Shown one piece after another: positions 9,358 to 19,398 of a stretch of 64,000 nucleotides of DNA (the first letter of the stretch is position 1; every line of letters begins with the position of its first letter). Source of the DNA: a virus. Lineage: Duplodnaviria > Caudoviricetes. The stretch is from positions 1-64,000 of IMG/VR virus record IMGVR_UViG_2934748790_000001. The stretch is one strand, 5' to 3'. A program made the translations under genes and the position numbers. The notes under the pieces were generated by a model that was not told the origin of the DNA, made no database searches, and saw only the letters and a list, made by a program, of their open reading frames with translations.

Positions 9358-9816
9358 TTACTGGTGGCTGTACTTCTCGCGCACCATCGTCAGGAATTCG
9401 ACGCTGAGCGTGTTGTGCACGCGACCCATGATCTGGTCGTCGTGCCGGTCGTGGATGGCCTCGAAGTTCGCGGGGGTGGACGGCAGGAGACGGAAGCGCG
9501 TGTTCCCGTACTCGGCAAACTGGCAGGGCCCGTTGGGGTAGGTCATGCAGTTGCAGAGCGGAATGACGTCCAGGAGCGCGATGTTGTCCGCCTCCGCCAG
9601 GCCCTGCGGCAGGTGCCGGATCGCGATCATCTTGCGCAGCAGTTCGTTGCGCTGCGCCGAGTCTCCGGGCCGGGACAGGTCGGCGGCGTTGATCAGGCAC
9701 CTCGTGGTGCGGGAGATGTTCGCCCCCTGCTGCTGCCACGTGACGCGGTAGCTGATGAACTGGTCCTCGGTCGGGTCCTCCGACTCGGTGGCTTGCGTAG
9801 TTGCGGTCTCGCTCAT
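9358..9816 (-). CDS. Phage hypothetical protein
   Basis: RBS, high GC3. Confidence 0.75.
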   Translation of the reverse strand: MSETATTQATESEDPTEDQFISYRVTWQQQGANISRTTRCLINAADLSRPGDSAQRNELLRKMIAIRHLPQGLAEADNIALLDVIPLCNCMTYPNGPCQFAEYGNTRFRLLPSTPANFEAIHDRHDDQIMGRVHNTLSVEFLTMVREKYSHQ

Positions 9817-9878
9817 TTCTTCCCCTTGCCATGTCAGATGGTCGAGTGCGTGGCGGGGCCGCGATGCCCCGGTAGCTA

Positions 9879-10562
9879 TCAGGCGTACAGACGGCGGGTG
9901 ACGTCCGGGTGCTCACGGTCCCAGTGCCGCAGCAGCCACTGCGCTGCTCCGTTGGCGTTGAGCGGTCGCACCGTGTGGCCGGCCTTGACCATCTCGTCCC
10001 ACTGCCAGTGCTTGCCGGCCAGCCCGAACCGGAGCGCGAAGTCGGCGAACCACGGCTCGACGGAGCCGTTGTGGACCAGGTGGTACAGCTCCTGGTGCCG
10101 GGGCTCCGTCCAGCCCTCCACGTGGTCGGGGCGCTCCGTGACGATGGCGCCCCGGAATCCGTCGCGCGGGTGGGGGGCGTGGTCCACGACGGTGGTGCCC
10201 CAGATCGTGCGGACGTGACGGCTGGCCGCGATGGTGTGCAAGTTGCGGCCGTTGTCGAGCACGATCCGGTACTTCGGTGTGACCTCGACGATGTCCCCGT
10301 GGAGAGTGGCGTACTCCCACGGTTCGTTGAGTCGGCGGGTCGTCCGCTTCTCCCGATAGATGACAGAGGCCGGGCGGAAGGTCCGCTCCAGTTCCTCGAT
10401 CACGCGGTGCACCAGCCGCTCGGGGGTGGCGAGCGGGAGCCTGCGGACGTAGAAGCCCCGGTGGTTGTCGTAGACGCCGAGCCGCCGGGGGGAGCCGTTC
10501 TCGTTCTTCAGCGGGCGGACTTCGTAGCGCGGTTCGGGCTGGTACCCAGCGGAGGCAGGCAT
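9879..10562 (-). CDS. Phage hypothetical protein
   Basis: TGATG coupling with upstream gene. Confidence 0.75.
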   Translation of the reverse strand: MPASAGYQPEPRYEVRPLKNENGSPRRLGVYDNHRGFYVRRLPLATPERLVHRVIEELERTFRPASVIYREKRTTRRLNEPWEYATLHGDIVEVTPKYRIVLDNGRNLHTIAASRHVRTIWGTTVVDHAPHPRDGFRGAIVTERPDHVEGWTEPRHQELYHLVHNGSVEPWFADFALRFGLAGKHWQWDEMVKAGHTVRPLNANGAAQWLLRHWDREHPDVTRRLYA

Positions 10563-11248
10563 CACTTCGTCTCCTTGCTGTCGACGAGGGACTCGACGAG
10601 GCGGCCGTAGGACCGGGTGGTGGTGTGCGCCCGGAGGACAGCCCACATGCCGACCTCCGGCGCCTCGACCGTCCCGAGGGATCTCTGCCCCACCAGCACG
10701 TCGTAGCGGCCGTTCTCCTGGTGCTGGAGGTAGCCGATGCCCGTTCCCATCCCTCGGGTGTTGAGGTCCACGAGGAAGTCGCCGTTGTCCATCGGCATCA
10801 GGGAGATCAGCACGCCGGGTGCCGGGATGAGGGAGGGGTGGATCTGGTAGGTCTGCTCGGTCTTGAACCGCTGGCTGTTGCGGTTGAGTCCCTCGCAGTC
10901 ACAGCCGTTGGTGATGCAGCAGCCGCACTCGGACAGGTCGATGGTTCGCTCGTCCGAGACCGGCGTGGTCTGCCCGATCGGCCGGCTGCGTACCGACTGG
11001 GCGGGCGGGGCGAACCACCACAGCGCTTCGGCCGCGCTCTGCTTGGACCCGAAGCCGGGCATGGCGATCGAGGGGGCGCCGCCGTTGCGCTTGTGCCACT
11101 CGGCGACCCACTCACCCCCGGCGGTGAGGTACACGATGCCGAGGTAGGAGTCGTCCACGTCGGGGACCTTGTCGGCGTAGACCTGGAATTTGGTCGGCTT
11201 CTCGTCGGGCGGGGTGGTGGGGTGGAAGATGAACTTGGGCGTGGGCAT
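10562..11248 (-). CDS. Phage hypothetical protein (Cys cluster CGCCITNGCDC)
   Basis: ATG 7 nt after upstream stop, RBS. Confidence 0.75.
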   Translation of the reverse strand: MPTPKFIFHPTTPPDEKPTKFQVYADKVPDVDDSYLGIVYLTAGGEWVAEWHKRNGGAPSIAMPGFGSKQSAAEALWWFAPPAQSVRSRPIGQTTPVSDERTIDLSECGCCITNGCDCEGLNRNSQRFKTEQTYQIHPSLIPAPGVLISLMPMDNGDFLVDLNTRGMGTGIGYLQHQENGRYDVLVGQRSLGTVEAPEVGMWAVLRAHTTTRSYGRLVESLVDSKETK

Positions 11249-11255
11249 GGGGTTC

Positions 11256-12116
11256 CTACTCGTAGATGCGGGTCTGGAGTTTGATGTCGCTGATGGGGCC
11301 GAAGGCGTCACAGATCGCGCCGGTGGTCTCCGCCCAGTCCCGCAGGCCGGGTACGCGCAGGATTTCGGTGATCTGGCCCTCGGGGGCGTAGAGGATGACG
11401 AGTTCACGGGCGGCGATGTCCCCGTAGCTGGGGGTCCAGGTGGCGAAAGACATGGACCCGGACTCGGTGGTGCGGCCGTGGAAGTAGAAGACCGCCTGGT
11501 TGTAGGGGTTGAGGTCGGCGTCGATGACGCGCGGCTCGGGCTTCCCACGGTTGGGCAGCTTCTCGGCCTGGAACCGGCCGGCGGGCAGGTCGTGCCGTAC
11601 GCCGTACTCGCGGTCACGGAAGGTGAAGTAGGCGGCGTAGCGCGGGTTGTCGGTGACCACCCGCCAGTCCCCGACGAACGTGTGCAGGTAGTCGACGGCG
11701 TAGTCCCACCACAGCCGGGCGGTCTCCCGGGCGCGGACGTCCGGCTCCGCGCCGAGCATGTCGCGCGTGTGGCACAGCACGGTGATGGACTCCGGGCGTC
11801 CCGCGCATCCGTTCGTCTGGAACCGGAACCAGTTGGGGCTGCCGGTCTTGCCGCAGTCGAAGCACCTGGCCTCGTGCTCGTCGTCCTCGACCAGTCGGTG
11901 TCCCTCGGCGACCTCGATGAAGGCGCTCTCCGGCATGTGGACGTGGAGCGGGACGATGCGGCCCTTGAGTCGGGGCCTGCGGGTGAAGCCCTCACCGCAC
12001 GGCTTGCAGACGGGCTCACGGACAGCGGTCTGCGTCTCGGGGTCGGGGTAGAGCAGCATGTGGGTGGCGGTGCCGGTGCAGTCCGGCGCCGTGCCCTTGA
12101 GGGTGCTACAGCGCAT
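11256..12116 (-). CDS. Phage hypothetical protein with Zn-ribbon motifs
   Basis: CxxC pairs; GAGGA RBS. Confidence 0.75.
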   Translation of the reverse strand: MRCSTLKGTAPDCTGTATHMLLYPDPETQTAVREPVCKPCGEGFTRRPRLKGRIVPLHVHMPESAFIEVAEGHRLVEDDEHEARCFDCGKTGSPNWFRFQTNGCAGRPESITVLCHTRDMLGAEPDVRARETARLWWDYAVDYLHTFVGDWRVVTDNPRYAAYFTFRDREYGVRHDLPAGRFQAEKLPNRGKPEPRVIDADLNPYNQAVFYFHGRTTESGSMSFATWTPSYGDIAARELVILYAPEGQITEILRVPGLRDWAETTGAICDAFGPISDIKLQTRIYE

Positions 12117-12723
12117 CGGTGGAGTCCTCTTCCTGGGCGAGCCAGTAGGTGTTGTAGCCCATCTCGAACCGGATCGGGCCGGTGGCCTCGCGGACGAGGG
12201 TGACGGCCTCGTGGCGGCTCATCGTGACGCCCTTGGTGAGGTGCACCTTGGCGCTGAGTCGCGTGGACCAGATGATGAACCAGAGCAGCTCGTACTTGGC
12301 CTCGTGGAACGGCATGGGGATCGTGGAGGAGGTCACCGGGATGCCGGACAGCACCTCGGTCTGCTTCCAGCCGGCCGAGAGCTTCGGCCGGCCGGCCTCC
12401 TCACCGCCGGCGAGGAAGCGGCACACGCTTTCGGTGGCGTCCTGGTGGAACATGCGGTCCCAGACGGCGGCCTTCATCGCGGCGTCGGGGTACGCGTCCA
12501 GCGCCGCGAGCAGGTTGTCGGTGCCGGTGTCCCCGTCGAAGTAGCGGGCGTGCCACCACTCCCCGTCCTCAGAGAAGCCGGTCGTCCCCTTCTTCCCGTC
12601 GTACTGCCGACCCACCATCCAGCGCTCCCCGCAGGTGGCGAGGAACACCCCCTGCATGTGGTCGGGCGACACCTGCTGCCGGGTCTGCGTGACGATCGTC
12701 CAGCCCTGCACAACTGCGTTCAT
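12106..12723 (-). CDS. Phage hypothetical protein
   Basis: Coupled ORF. Confidence 0.75.
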   Translation of the reverse strand: MNAVVQGWTIVTQTRQQVSPDHMQGVFLATCGERWMVGRQYDGKKGTTGFSEDGEWWHARYFDGDTGTDNLLAALDAYPDAAMKAAVWDRMFHQDATESVCRFLAGGEEAGRPKLSAGWKQTEVLSGIPVTSSTIPMPFHEAKYELLWFIIWSTRLSAKVHLTKGVTMSRHEAVTLVREATGPIRFEMGYNTYWLAQEEDSTDAL

Positions 12724-13163
12724 TCGTCGTCCTCCTGGTTCATGGTGCGGAACTCGGCGGCTGCGGCCTCGGTCGACGGAGCGCTCACCAGCGCGACCCG
12801 GGACGTGAAATCGTCGGCCGCTTCGAAGGTGTTGTCCGGCAGGGGGAATGCGCCGTCGAGGATGGCGGAGACGAACCGCTCTCCGGAGAAGTCGGACTGC
12901 ACACCGAAGACGGTGTACATCCGATTCCCCTCGTCGGTGGGGCCCGGTGCAGCGTCGAGTTGCAAGCTGTAGAGCAGCTTGACGAGGCGGTCGGCTTCCG
13001 CCGCCAGGTCGTGTCCGGCCTGGATCTCGGCGTCGTTGCTGTCGCCCTCGGCCGCCTCTTCGAGCCGGTGGCTCTCACGGGCGAGGGCTTCGAGGACCTC
13101 GCTGATCGCTTCCTGCTGCGCCCGTGTCACCGGGACCAGCCGGACATCGGGGATCTCGCTCAT
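12720..13163 (-). CDS. Phage hypothetical acidic protein
   Basis: GAGG RBS. Confidence 0.7.
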   Translation of the reverse strand: MSEIPDVRLVPVTRAQQEAISEVLEALARESHRLEEAAEGDSNDAEIQAGHDLAAEADRLVKLLYSLQLDAAPGPTDEGNRMYTVFGVQSDFSGERFVSAILDGAFPLPDNTFEAADDFTSRVALVSAPSTEAAAAEFRTMNQEDDE

Positions 13164-13165
13164 CG

Positions 13166-13684
13166 TTACCTCTTTCGCAGTTGTTCGACGGGGACGCGGA
13201 CCGCCTGGCCGATGCCGTGCTCCGGGCGGCAGATCACGTAGCCCGTCAGCAGGTGGCTGTCGCCCTCGTAGGGCGTGTTCTCCAGGTCGAGCACTCGCCA
13301 CGTCCGGTGAGACGCCCTTCGGTGGACGAGCTGGCCGACGCTCAGGTTGAAGACGCCGGTCCACAGGTCGGCCACGAATGCGCGCAGGACGGGGTCCGGG
13401 ATCTCTCTCGGGTTCTCGAAAGCGCCGAGCATGTCCGGGGTGCCGGCGAAGTTCCACAGGTGGTCGATCGCGACCCAGCGGTTGCCGCTCGCGTTCTTCT
13501 CCTGGACTATCGCGACGATCGGCAGCTTTCGACCGGCGCGCATTTCTGCTGCGTCCTCGTCGCTGAAGTCGTCGAGTCGGTACCGGTTCTCCCGAAAGCG
13601 GTGCTGGACGGGCTGCCCCTCTTCGGGCCAGCCCTGGTCGGCGATCAGGACTCGGAGTCCACTGGGCGGCTTACGCTGCGACAC
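13166..13684 (-). CDS. Phage hypothetical protein
   Basis: AGGAG RBS. Confidence 0.7.
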   Translation of the reverse strand: MSQRKPPSGLRVLIADQGWPEEGQPVQHRFRENRYRLDDFSDEDAAEMRAGRKLPIVAIVQEKNASGNRWVAIDHLWNFAGTPDMLGAFENPREIPDPVLRAFVADLWTGVFNLSVGQLVHRRASHRTWRVLDLENTPYEGDSHLLTGYVICRPEHGIGQAVRVPVEQLRKR

Positions 13685-14039
13685 GAACGTTCATCTCCTT
13701 CTTTTCCAGGTTCACGGTCGCCGGGTAATCCCGGGTCTCCGCCGGGCTGGGAAACCGCTCGCGCATCTTCTCGATCCGCTCGATGCGGCCGGCCCACGCA
13801 CCCACGTGCCGGAGGCAGAACAGGTACCGGGTCAGCGAGTCCCAGGAGTGCGGGTCGACCGCAGCCCACGCGCACGCCCGCTCGTACAGGCGCCACAGCC
13901 GGGCCAGCTCCGGGCACTGGGCCCACCCGTGTGACAGGTGGATGTGGCCGCCGGGGAAGTGCACGTAGATCCGGCAGCCGCAATTCAGCACGTACGTGCC
14001 GGATTCCAGGCCGATCGTGTCGGCCTTGATGTCAGCCAT
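13671..14039 (-). CDS. Phage hypothetical protein
   Basis: GGAGG RBS. Confidence 0.7.
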   Translation of the reverse strand: MADIKADTIGLESGTYVLNCGCRIYVHFPGGHIHLSHGWAQCPELARLWRLYERACAWAAVDPHSWDSLTRYLFCLRHVGAWAGRIERIEKMRERFPSPAETRDYPATVNLEKKEMNVRVAA

Positions 14040-14892
14040 GCTGAGCCTCCTCGGTGTGTGTGTCGGTGAACTGGGGCTCGTCCCCCTCGGGCTGGTAGCC
14101 GGCCCCGACGACGTTGGTCCAGGAGTAGCCGCCCGGTGCTCGATCCGTGTCGAGGGAGAGGCGGGCCGGGTCGAACGGGAGGCGCACGGTGCCGCGCACC
14201 TTCACGGTGTGACCCGACCCGTTCCAGGTGTCGAGCACCAGCAACTCGGGGTCGGTCCACTGCACGGTGATGGTCGGCTTCGCGTCGGGAAGCGCGCCCC
14301 GGATCTTGTTTACCGCGTCCCAGACCGCGCGCACGTCACCGCGCCACAGAATGTGCAGTCCGCCCCCGTAGCTGGCGTGCGCCACCAACTCCCGCAGCTC
14401 CGAGAAGTTGTCCGGGAAGTCGAGGCCGGCGCCCTCCGCCAGCATTTTTGCTGTGGCAGTCAGCTTCTCTTCGGAGGCCCGCCAAGGGTCTCCACCCACC
14501 TCCACATCGAGGCGGTAGCGGAACAGTTGCGGTCCGGTCCCGTCCATCAGGTCGCCGATCGGATCGGACTGGTCGCGCTCCTCGATCGCGTGGCGCACCT
14601 GGTCGAGCACGTCGTGCTTCTCCAGGAATTCCCTGGTGTCGTCATCCAGGAGTTCCCCGAGGACGTGCTGCGTGCCGTGGTAGCGGTTCTCGTCCAGCCA
14701 GTCGAAGTCGAGCACGCCTTCCGCGTGGTCGAGCCCGGATGCGTCCTCGTCCTCCGCGAACAGCCGGTGAAGCTGCTCCTCGGACAGGCGGTCCCCCTGG
14801 TCGATGTGCACCAGCTCGTACTTCTCGCCGAGACGGTTGATTACGAAATCAGCGGCAGCCTGCGCGAAATCGTCCGTCGAAATCTCCGCCAT
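14032..14892 (-). CDS. Phage hypothetical acidic protein
   Basis: GGGGAG RBS, high GC3. Confidence 0.8.
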   Translation of the reverse strand: MAEISTDDFAQAAADFVINRLGEKYELVHIDQGDRLSEEQLHRLFAEDEDASGLDHAEGVLDFDWLDENRYHGTQHVLGELLDDDTREFLEKHDVLDQVRHAIEERDQSDPIGDLMDGTGPQLFRYRLDVEVGGDPWRASEEKLTATAKMLAEGAGLDFPDNFSELRELVAHASYGGGLHILWRGDVRAVWDAVNKIRGALPDAKPTITVQWTDPELLVLDTWNGSGHTVKVRGTVRLPFDPARLSLDTDRAPGGYSWTNVVGAGYQPEGDEPQFTDTHTEEAQHG

Positions 14893-14895
14893 GGC

Positions 14896-15603
14896 TCACT
14901 CCCCCTTAACCGTGCGGATCTTGAGCTGACCCTCGACCCGGGGCTGATGGGTGTGGGGCACGATGGCCGAGATGTCGATCCCGCACGTGTCGCAGGTGAA
15001 GGTGTGCGCCTCCCACGGCTGACCGCAGAGCACGCACGCCTCGTTCTCCTTTTCCGGAGTGCGGACCTCCACGGTCTTGGTGGAGTCCGGGTAGAGCACG
15101 AAGCGCCAACTGAGCCACGCGTGCGGGTGCTGCGCGGCGGCTTCCTTGACGTTGTCCTCGTCGATGAACTCCGGGTGGGACAACCCCCACTCCCGCAGCG
15201 TGCCGGCCGTCAGCTTGGCCAGGGCACGGGGCAGCTCGTACGCCTCGCGTATCGTGCGCGCCAGACCCGCTTCGCTCGGCGACTTCTCCCCCAGCACGAG
15301 CCACTTGCCGCACTTGTCTCCGGTGCACCGCTCATCCGAGATGGCGTGCCGCACACCGGTCTCGCCTCCCGGCACCTCGGTCAGCTCGGTCTCGCACATC
15401 TGCTCCGTGATGCCCTTGGGGAACTCGCTCTGGTCGTAGGAGCGTTCGTCCTCGAAGTCGACCCCCAGCGTTGCGGCTGCGGCCCGGATCGCGTCCTCGT
15501 GCGCCTTACCGCGCTGCACCTTGATGCCGCTCGCCCGCATCGCCTTTACCGTGCAACTCGGGCACAGGTTCTCGGCCTGGTAGCTGTATCCGACGACACC
15601 CAT
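14896..15603 (-). CDS. Phage hypothetical Zn-finger-rich protein
   Basis: Four CxxC-type motifs; GGAGG RBS. Confidence 0.75.
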   Translation of the reverse strand: MGVVGYSYQAENLCPSCTVKAMRASGIKVQRGKAHEDAIRAAAATLGVDFEDERSYDQSEFPKGITEQMCETELTEVPGGETGVRHAISDERCTGDKCGKWLVLGEKSPSEAGLARTIREAYELPRALAKLTAGTLREWGLSHPEFIDEDNVKEAAAQHPHAWLSWRFVLYPDSTKTVEVRTPEKENEACVLCGQPWEAHTFTCDTCGIDISAIVPHTHQPRVEGQLKIRTVKGE

Positions 15604-15605
15604 GG

Positions 15606-16109
15606 TCAGCCCTCCTTCGGTCCCGTGATGGGGGACCACTCGTTGACGAACTTGATGTGGCCGTAGGAGTCCAGCTCGATGTATCCCGTGGTCCCGGCGA
15701 GCAGCCAGCCGATCCACTTCCGGCTGCGAGCCGTCTCGATCGACAGGCCCTTGAAGCCGATCGGCTCACCGCAGCGCGGGTGCGCGGCGTAGAGCGCGCG
15801 GGCCGTTGCCGGTTCCAGGAGCGGGATGATGCGCCAGCCGCGTTCCTGTGCGATCTGCTCCGCCAGGTCGACCCCGGCCGCGAAGATGCCGCCCTCGTAG
15901 GTGCGCGGGTTCGCGGTCGTCACATGCAGCTCGTTGAAGTTCTCGGTCAACGCGAACGGCCACGTCCATGCGATCCCGATGACCTCCTCGTCTTCGATCA
16001 CGAGGACGTCACCATCGCGGACGTTCTCGTTGCACTGGCACGCGTCGTACGCGGCAGTAGTGCTGTGGAACGGCCACACGGCCGGGGTGCGCTTCTCTTC
16101 CGCGCTCAC
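15606..16109 (-). CDS. Phage hypothetical protein
   Basis: GTGA overlap; FHSTTAAYDACQC..GDVLVI motif. Confidence 0.7.
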   Translation of the reverse strand: MSAEEKRTPAVWPFHSTTAAYDACQCNENVRDGDVLVIEDEEVIGIAWTWPFALTENFNELHVTTANPRTYEGGIFAAGVDLAEQIAQERGWRIIPLLEPATARALYAAHPRCGEPIGFKGLSIETARSRKWIGWLLAGTTGYIELDSYGHIKFVNEWSPITGPKEG

Positions 16110-16693
16110 ATTGCCCTCGATTCTTCGGTGCGGTATCGGCCGGCGAACAGGTTGTGGTGGGTGGGGAGGTCGACCCAGGTGTCCCGGGTGGTCCTGGTGA
16201 CGTGCTCCCGGATCTCGGTGTCGAGAGGCACGTGTGCGGAGCGGGACCACCAGCTCCCCAGCGTCTGGCTGTTCTCCACGAAGCGGACCTCGGCGCTCGG
16301 GATGTCCCGCCCGTGCATCTCGCGGGCCGCATCGCGCATCTCCTCGAAGTGCAGCGACTGGACGCCGTAGGACTGGCGGCCGTTGACGTAGACGTAGAAG
16401 CGCCCGGCCGTGTGGGTCACCGAGTGGCTGACGCCGATTTCGAGGACGTCGGTGCCGTAGTAGCCCTCGGAGTCGCGGTAGAAGCCGCTGATCCAGCTCA
16501 GCGGGTTCGGCATCCCGTTGTCGCGGCCGTCGACCGGGTTCCGGAGCTGGCCGAAGCCGTTCTCCAGGATGCGGACGGGCAGACGCTTGTCGACCAGGCC
16601 GAGGTGCATCATGCACTCAGAGGCGTGGATCTTGACGACGACGGTTTCGCCGACCGTGGGGTAATACTTTTCGGGCCGCTTGTAGTGGGGCAC
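16106..16693 (-). CDS. Phage hypothetical protein
   Basis: GGAGG RBS. Confidence 0.75.
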   Translation of the reverse strand: MPHYKRPEKYYPTVGETVVVKIHASECMMHLGLVDKRLPVRILENGFGQLRNPVDGRDNGMPNPLSWISGFYRDSEGYYGTDVLEIGVSHSVTHTAGRFYVYVNGRQSYGVQSLHFEEMRDAAREMHGRDIPSAEVRFVENSQTLGSWWSRSAHVPLDTEIREHVTRTTRDTWVDLPTHHNLFAGRYRTEESRAM

Positions 16694-16810
16694 CGCTATC
16701 CCTCCCTAGTTTCTACATGGCTGACAGTCGGAGGCCCGGGACGCGGCATTGCTGCTGCGTCCTGGACTGCCGTTAGCTCAGACACTTGTCTTTACGCTGG
16801 GGGTCCTGCT

Positions 16811-17014
16811 CTACGCGGGGTCAGAGTCGAAGAACACCGGCATTTCGTTGATGGTTTCACCGGTGATGCGAACCCCGTTTTCGAACTGGATTCCGCAGTG
16901 CTCCTCCTTGCCGAGGATTTCGCGCACCAGCCGGTCGGCCTCTTCGCGGCTGCTCGCCACGACTGTCACGACGCATTCCTTCTTGCCGTCGTACGCGTAC
17001 TGCCGCTCAGGCAT
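16811..17014 (-). CDS. Small phage protein
   Basis: GAGGGAG RBS. Confidence 0.6.
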   Translation of the reverse strand: MPERQYAYDGKKECVVTVVASSREEADRLVREILGKEEHCGIQFENGVRITGETINEMPVFFDSDPA

Positions 17015-17029
17015 ATTGCTCCCTCGATA

Positions 17030-17329
17030 TCAGACACCGATAGGTGTGCGCGTGGCGTCGATGTGCACCACAAACGCCTCATAAAATGCGCCGCCCCGGT
17101 ATTCGTGCACCCGCACACGGAGTTGGGGAAGGCCGTTCCTCATGCGTGCTCTCATGTGGCGCACGCAGTAGGACGCAACAGGATCGGGCTCGGTCTCATC
17201 TCGGCGTGGCTTGAGTTGCACGTACCGGGTCGCGGTATCGGTCCACGAGGGCGGCCGGCCGACCGCCGGGGGTTCGTAGACCTGGAGCATGAAGAACCAG
17301 AGCAATTCGACGGGGTCAGGCGTAGTCAC
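17030..17329 (-). CDS. Small phage protein
   Basis: Fills gap in operon; start uncertain. Confidence 0.45.
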   Translation of the reverse strand: MTTPDPVELLWFFMLQVYEPPAVGRPPSWTDTATRYVQLKPRRDETEPDPVASYCVRHMRARMRNGLPQLRVRVHEYRGGAFYEAFVVHIDATRTPIGV

Positions 17330-17819
17330 CGGGAGTCAGTTCACGACCGACCGGAACCCTGTACGACGACCAGCGGACAACGGTGTCCTGGTCGCCGACG
17401 ATGTTGTACAGGATCTGCTTGTCACGAGCGCCGCTCGGGTACTCGTGGTAATCCTCGGCGTACTCTCTTGCCGTTTCGATGGTGGGAAACGGGATTTCGG
17501 CCGGTTCGCTGTGGAAGTACCCCGAGGTGAGATTCCCTCTGATGGGCATGATGCGGAATCGTTCGCCCTCGGGCGGCATCGCACCCTCGAACAGGTACCC
17601 GTCCGTCGTGTACCAGCCACCGCCCGCGCGGCCCTGGTACTCCCTCTCGGCCGTCGCGCGGTCGTCGTAGACGGTGAGCGTCGCCTTACGCCGCTCCGAC
17701 CGCTTGTGCTGGCACGTGTCCGACCATCCCGGCGTGCGCACGTAGAACGGCTTGGGCATGGGCGTGTATCCCGGCTCGGTTTTCTCGCAGCAGGGCTCCA
17801 GAATGCAGACCGTGAACAT
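17316..17819 (-). CDS. Phage hypothetical protein
   Basis: GAAGGA RBS. Confidence 0.65.
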   Translation of the reverse strand: MFTVCILEPCCEKTEPGYTPMPKPFYVRTPGWSDTCQHKRSERRKATLTVYDDRATAEREYQGRAGGGWYTTDGYLFEGAMPPEGERFRIMPIRGNLTSGYFHSEPAEIPFPTIETAREYAEDYHEYPSGARDKQILYNIVGDQDTVVRWSSYRVPVGRELTPGDYA

Positions 17820-17941
17820 AAGCTTCCTTCCGCCATTCGATGGACGGGCTTTGATTTTGGGCAGCGGAAAGGGAGCCGTCCGGCACATACACGCGCCGTG
17901 GCTCCCTTTCAGCCGCATGGGTCAGTTGTCGTACCAGGCGC

Positions 17942-18736
17942 TCACGCCTTGGAGATCCAGTCGGAGTGCCAGCGCCCCTCGCGCGTCTGCCCGTCGGGGA
18001 ACTTGACCTCGACGCGCCACTCCCACGTCCAGAGCGGGGGCAGTTGGTAGTGCGCCTGCATGGGGTGCACCTGCCACTCGACCGACGTCACCTCGGCCGT
18101 TCCGAGGCTGTACCCGTTCGGCATGGCCGAGACCGCGTCGCCGACCTTGACCGGCTGTCGCGTCGGCTTGGGCGTCTGGTAGTCGCCGCGCTCCAGCCAG
18201 TCGAAGTCGTGCACGGGTCCGCCGGTCGCGCGCTGCACGTAGACCTCCCGGACCACACGCGGGCCGTCGAGCCCCATGTTCCGTGTGTGCTGCGTCCGCG
18301 CCACCACTCGCAGCGACTCCCCCTTGAGATCGGGGACCTCGTACGTCCACAGTTCGTCGGCCATGGAGTTCACTACCAGGCCGCGAATGCGGATGTTCGC
18401 TTCCTCACCGGTCAGCGACTCGACCAGAGCCGCGCCGGGATGCGTCGGCTGCATGTGGTGCACGAGCACTTCGAAATCCACGTTCTGTTCCCTTCTATGA
18501 GAAATGGCCCGCACGGGTTGCCGTACGGACCTTTCGGTCAGCCCTTCCCCGGCCGCATAATTCGGTCCGGTTCGATGAGCTTCGCAATATGCGGTTGAAA
18601 GCCAGCGCTTGATGGTCCAGCGCTCCACGTCCTCCCACCAAACAGCAGACTCCCCGCAGGAATAAATCCAGCAGAAGATTTCGCCATCCGGCCCATAATT
18701 CGCGTGGACCACATGACTTTTCGAGCCGCGCGGCAT
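17942..18736 (-). CDS. Phage hypothetical protein
   Basis: TAATG coupling. Confidence 0.65.
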   Translation of the reverse strand: MPRGSKSHVVHANYGPDGEIFCWIYSCGESAVWWEDVERWTIKRWLSTAYCEAHRTGPNYAAGEGLTERSVRQPVRAISHRREQNVDFEVLVHHMQPTHPGAALVESLTGEEANIRIRGLVVNSMADELWTYEVPDLKGESLRVVARTQHTRNMGLDGPRVVREVYVQRATGGPVHDFDWLERGDYQTPKPTRQPVKVGDAVSAMPNGYSLGTAEVTSVEWQVHPMQAHYQLPPLWTWEWRVEVKFPDGQTREGRWHSDWISKA

Positions 18737-19260
18737 TACTTCGTGAGCTTGAACGCCGCGTCGACCTGCCGGAGCACGTCCCACGACGCGAAACGCTGCT
18801 GCTGCTCCGGCTTCAGCGCGTCGTGCACCGCGATCACGTGCTGGGCGGAGAACGCGTCGACCAGAACGCCGTCGATCTCCTCGGCCTGGTGCAGCTCGAC
18901 GATGCGCCGGAACGCCCCGATCCGACCTTCGGCCTCCCAGCGCTCCGCCGCCGCCTCGTGGGCGACCTCGGCCGTTTCCTCGGCGGTCAGCGGCCGGATC
19001 TCGAATTCCGACCGCCGGAAAACCAGGGACACGAGACCGCCTACCGCCGTGTCCTTGTGGCGGGCGTACTCGTCGTCGCTCACGTAGTTGTCCTCGGAGT
19101 GCCGCTGGCAGACGCCCTTCGGCGGAAGCGGGAACGTCCGGTGGTCGGCGCGCGGCAGACGCGTCACGGAATGCGTGACCGTCTCGGGGCAGATGCTCCC
19201 GGCCGCGCAACGACCCAGGACTTCAACTTCCATCCCACTGGGCAGAGTTCGACGAGCCAT
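18736..19260 (-). CDS. Phage hypothetical protein
   Basis: GAGG RBS. Confidence 0.65.
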   Translation of the reverse strand: MARRTLPSGMEVEVLGRCAAGSICPETVTHSVTRLPRADHRTFPLPPKGVCQRHSEDNYVSDDEYARHKDTAVGGLVSLVFRRSEFEIRPLTAEETAEVAHEAAAERWEAEGRIGAFRRIVELHQAEEIDGVLVDAFSAQHVIAVHDALKPEQQQRFASWDVLRQVDAAFKLTK

Positions 19261-19398
19261 CAGTGACCTCGATTTCGATGAGCAGAGTTTCTGCTGCATC
19301 CCTGCCGGTACAGCGGCTGATCGGAATGCAGGGCGTGCACAGCGCACAGCCACGGCCGGCCTCGGCACCTCCTACGCGCCGAGGCCGGCGGAAGCCAT

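Noticed and set aside
13996-17530. Long + strand ORFs (556 aa, 458 aa) and similar antisense ORFs across the window
   Set aside because: Shadow frames of GC-rich genes on the opposite strand, which have RBSs and translational coupling.
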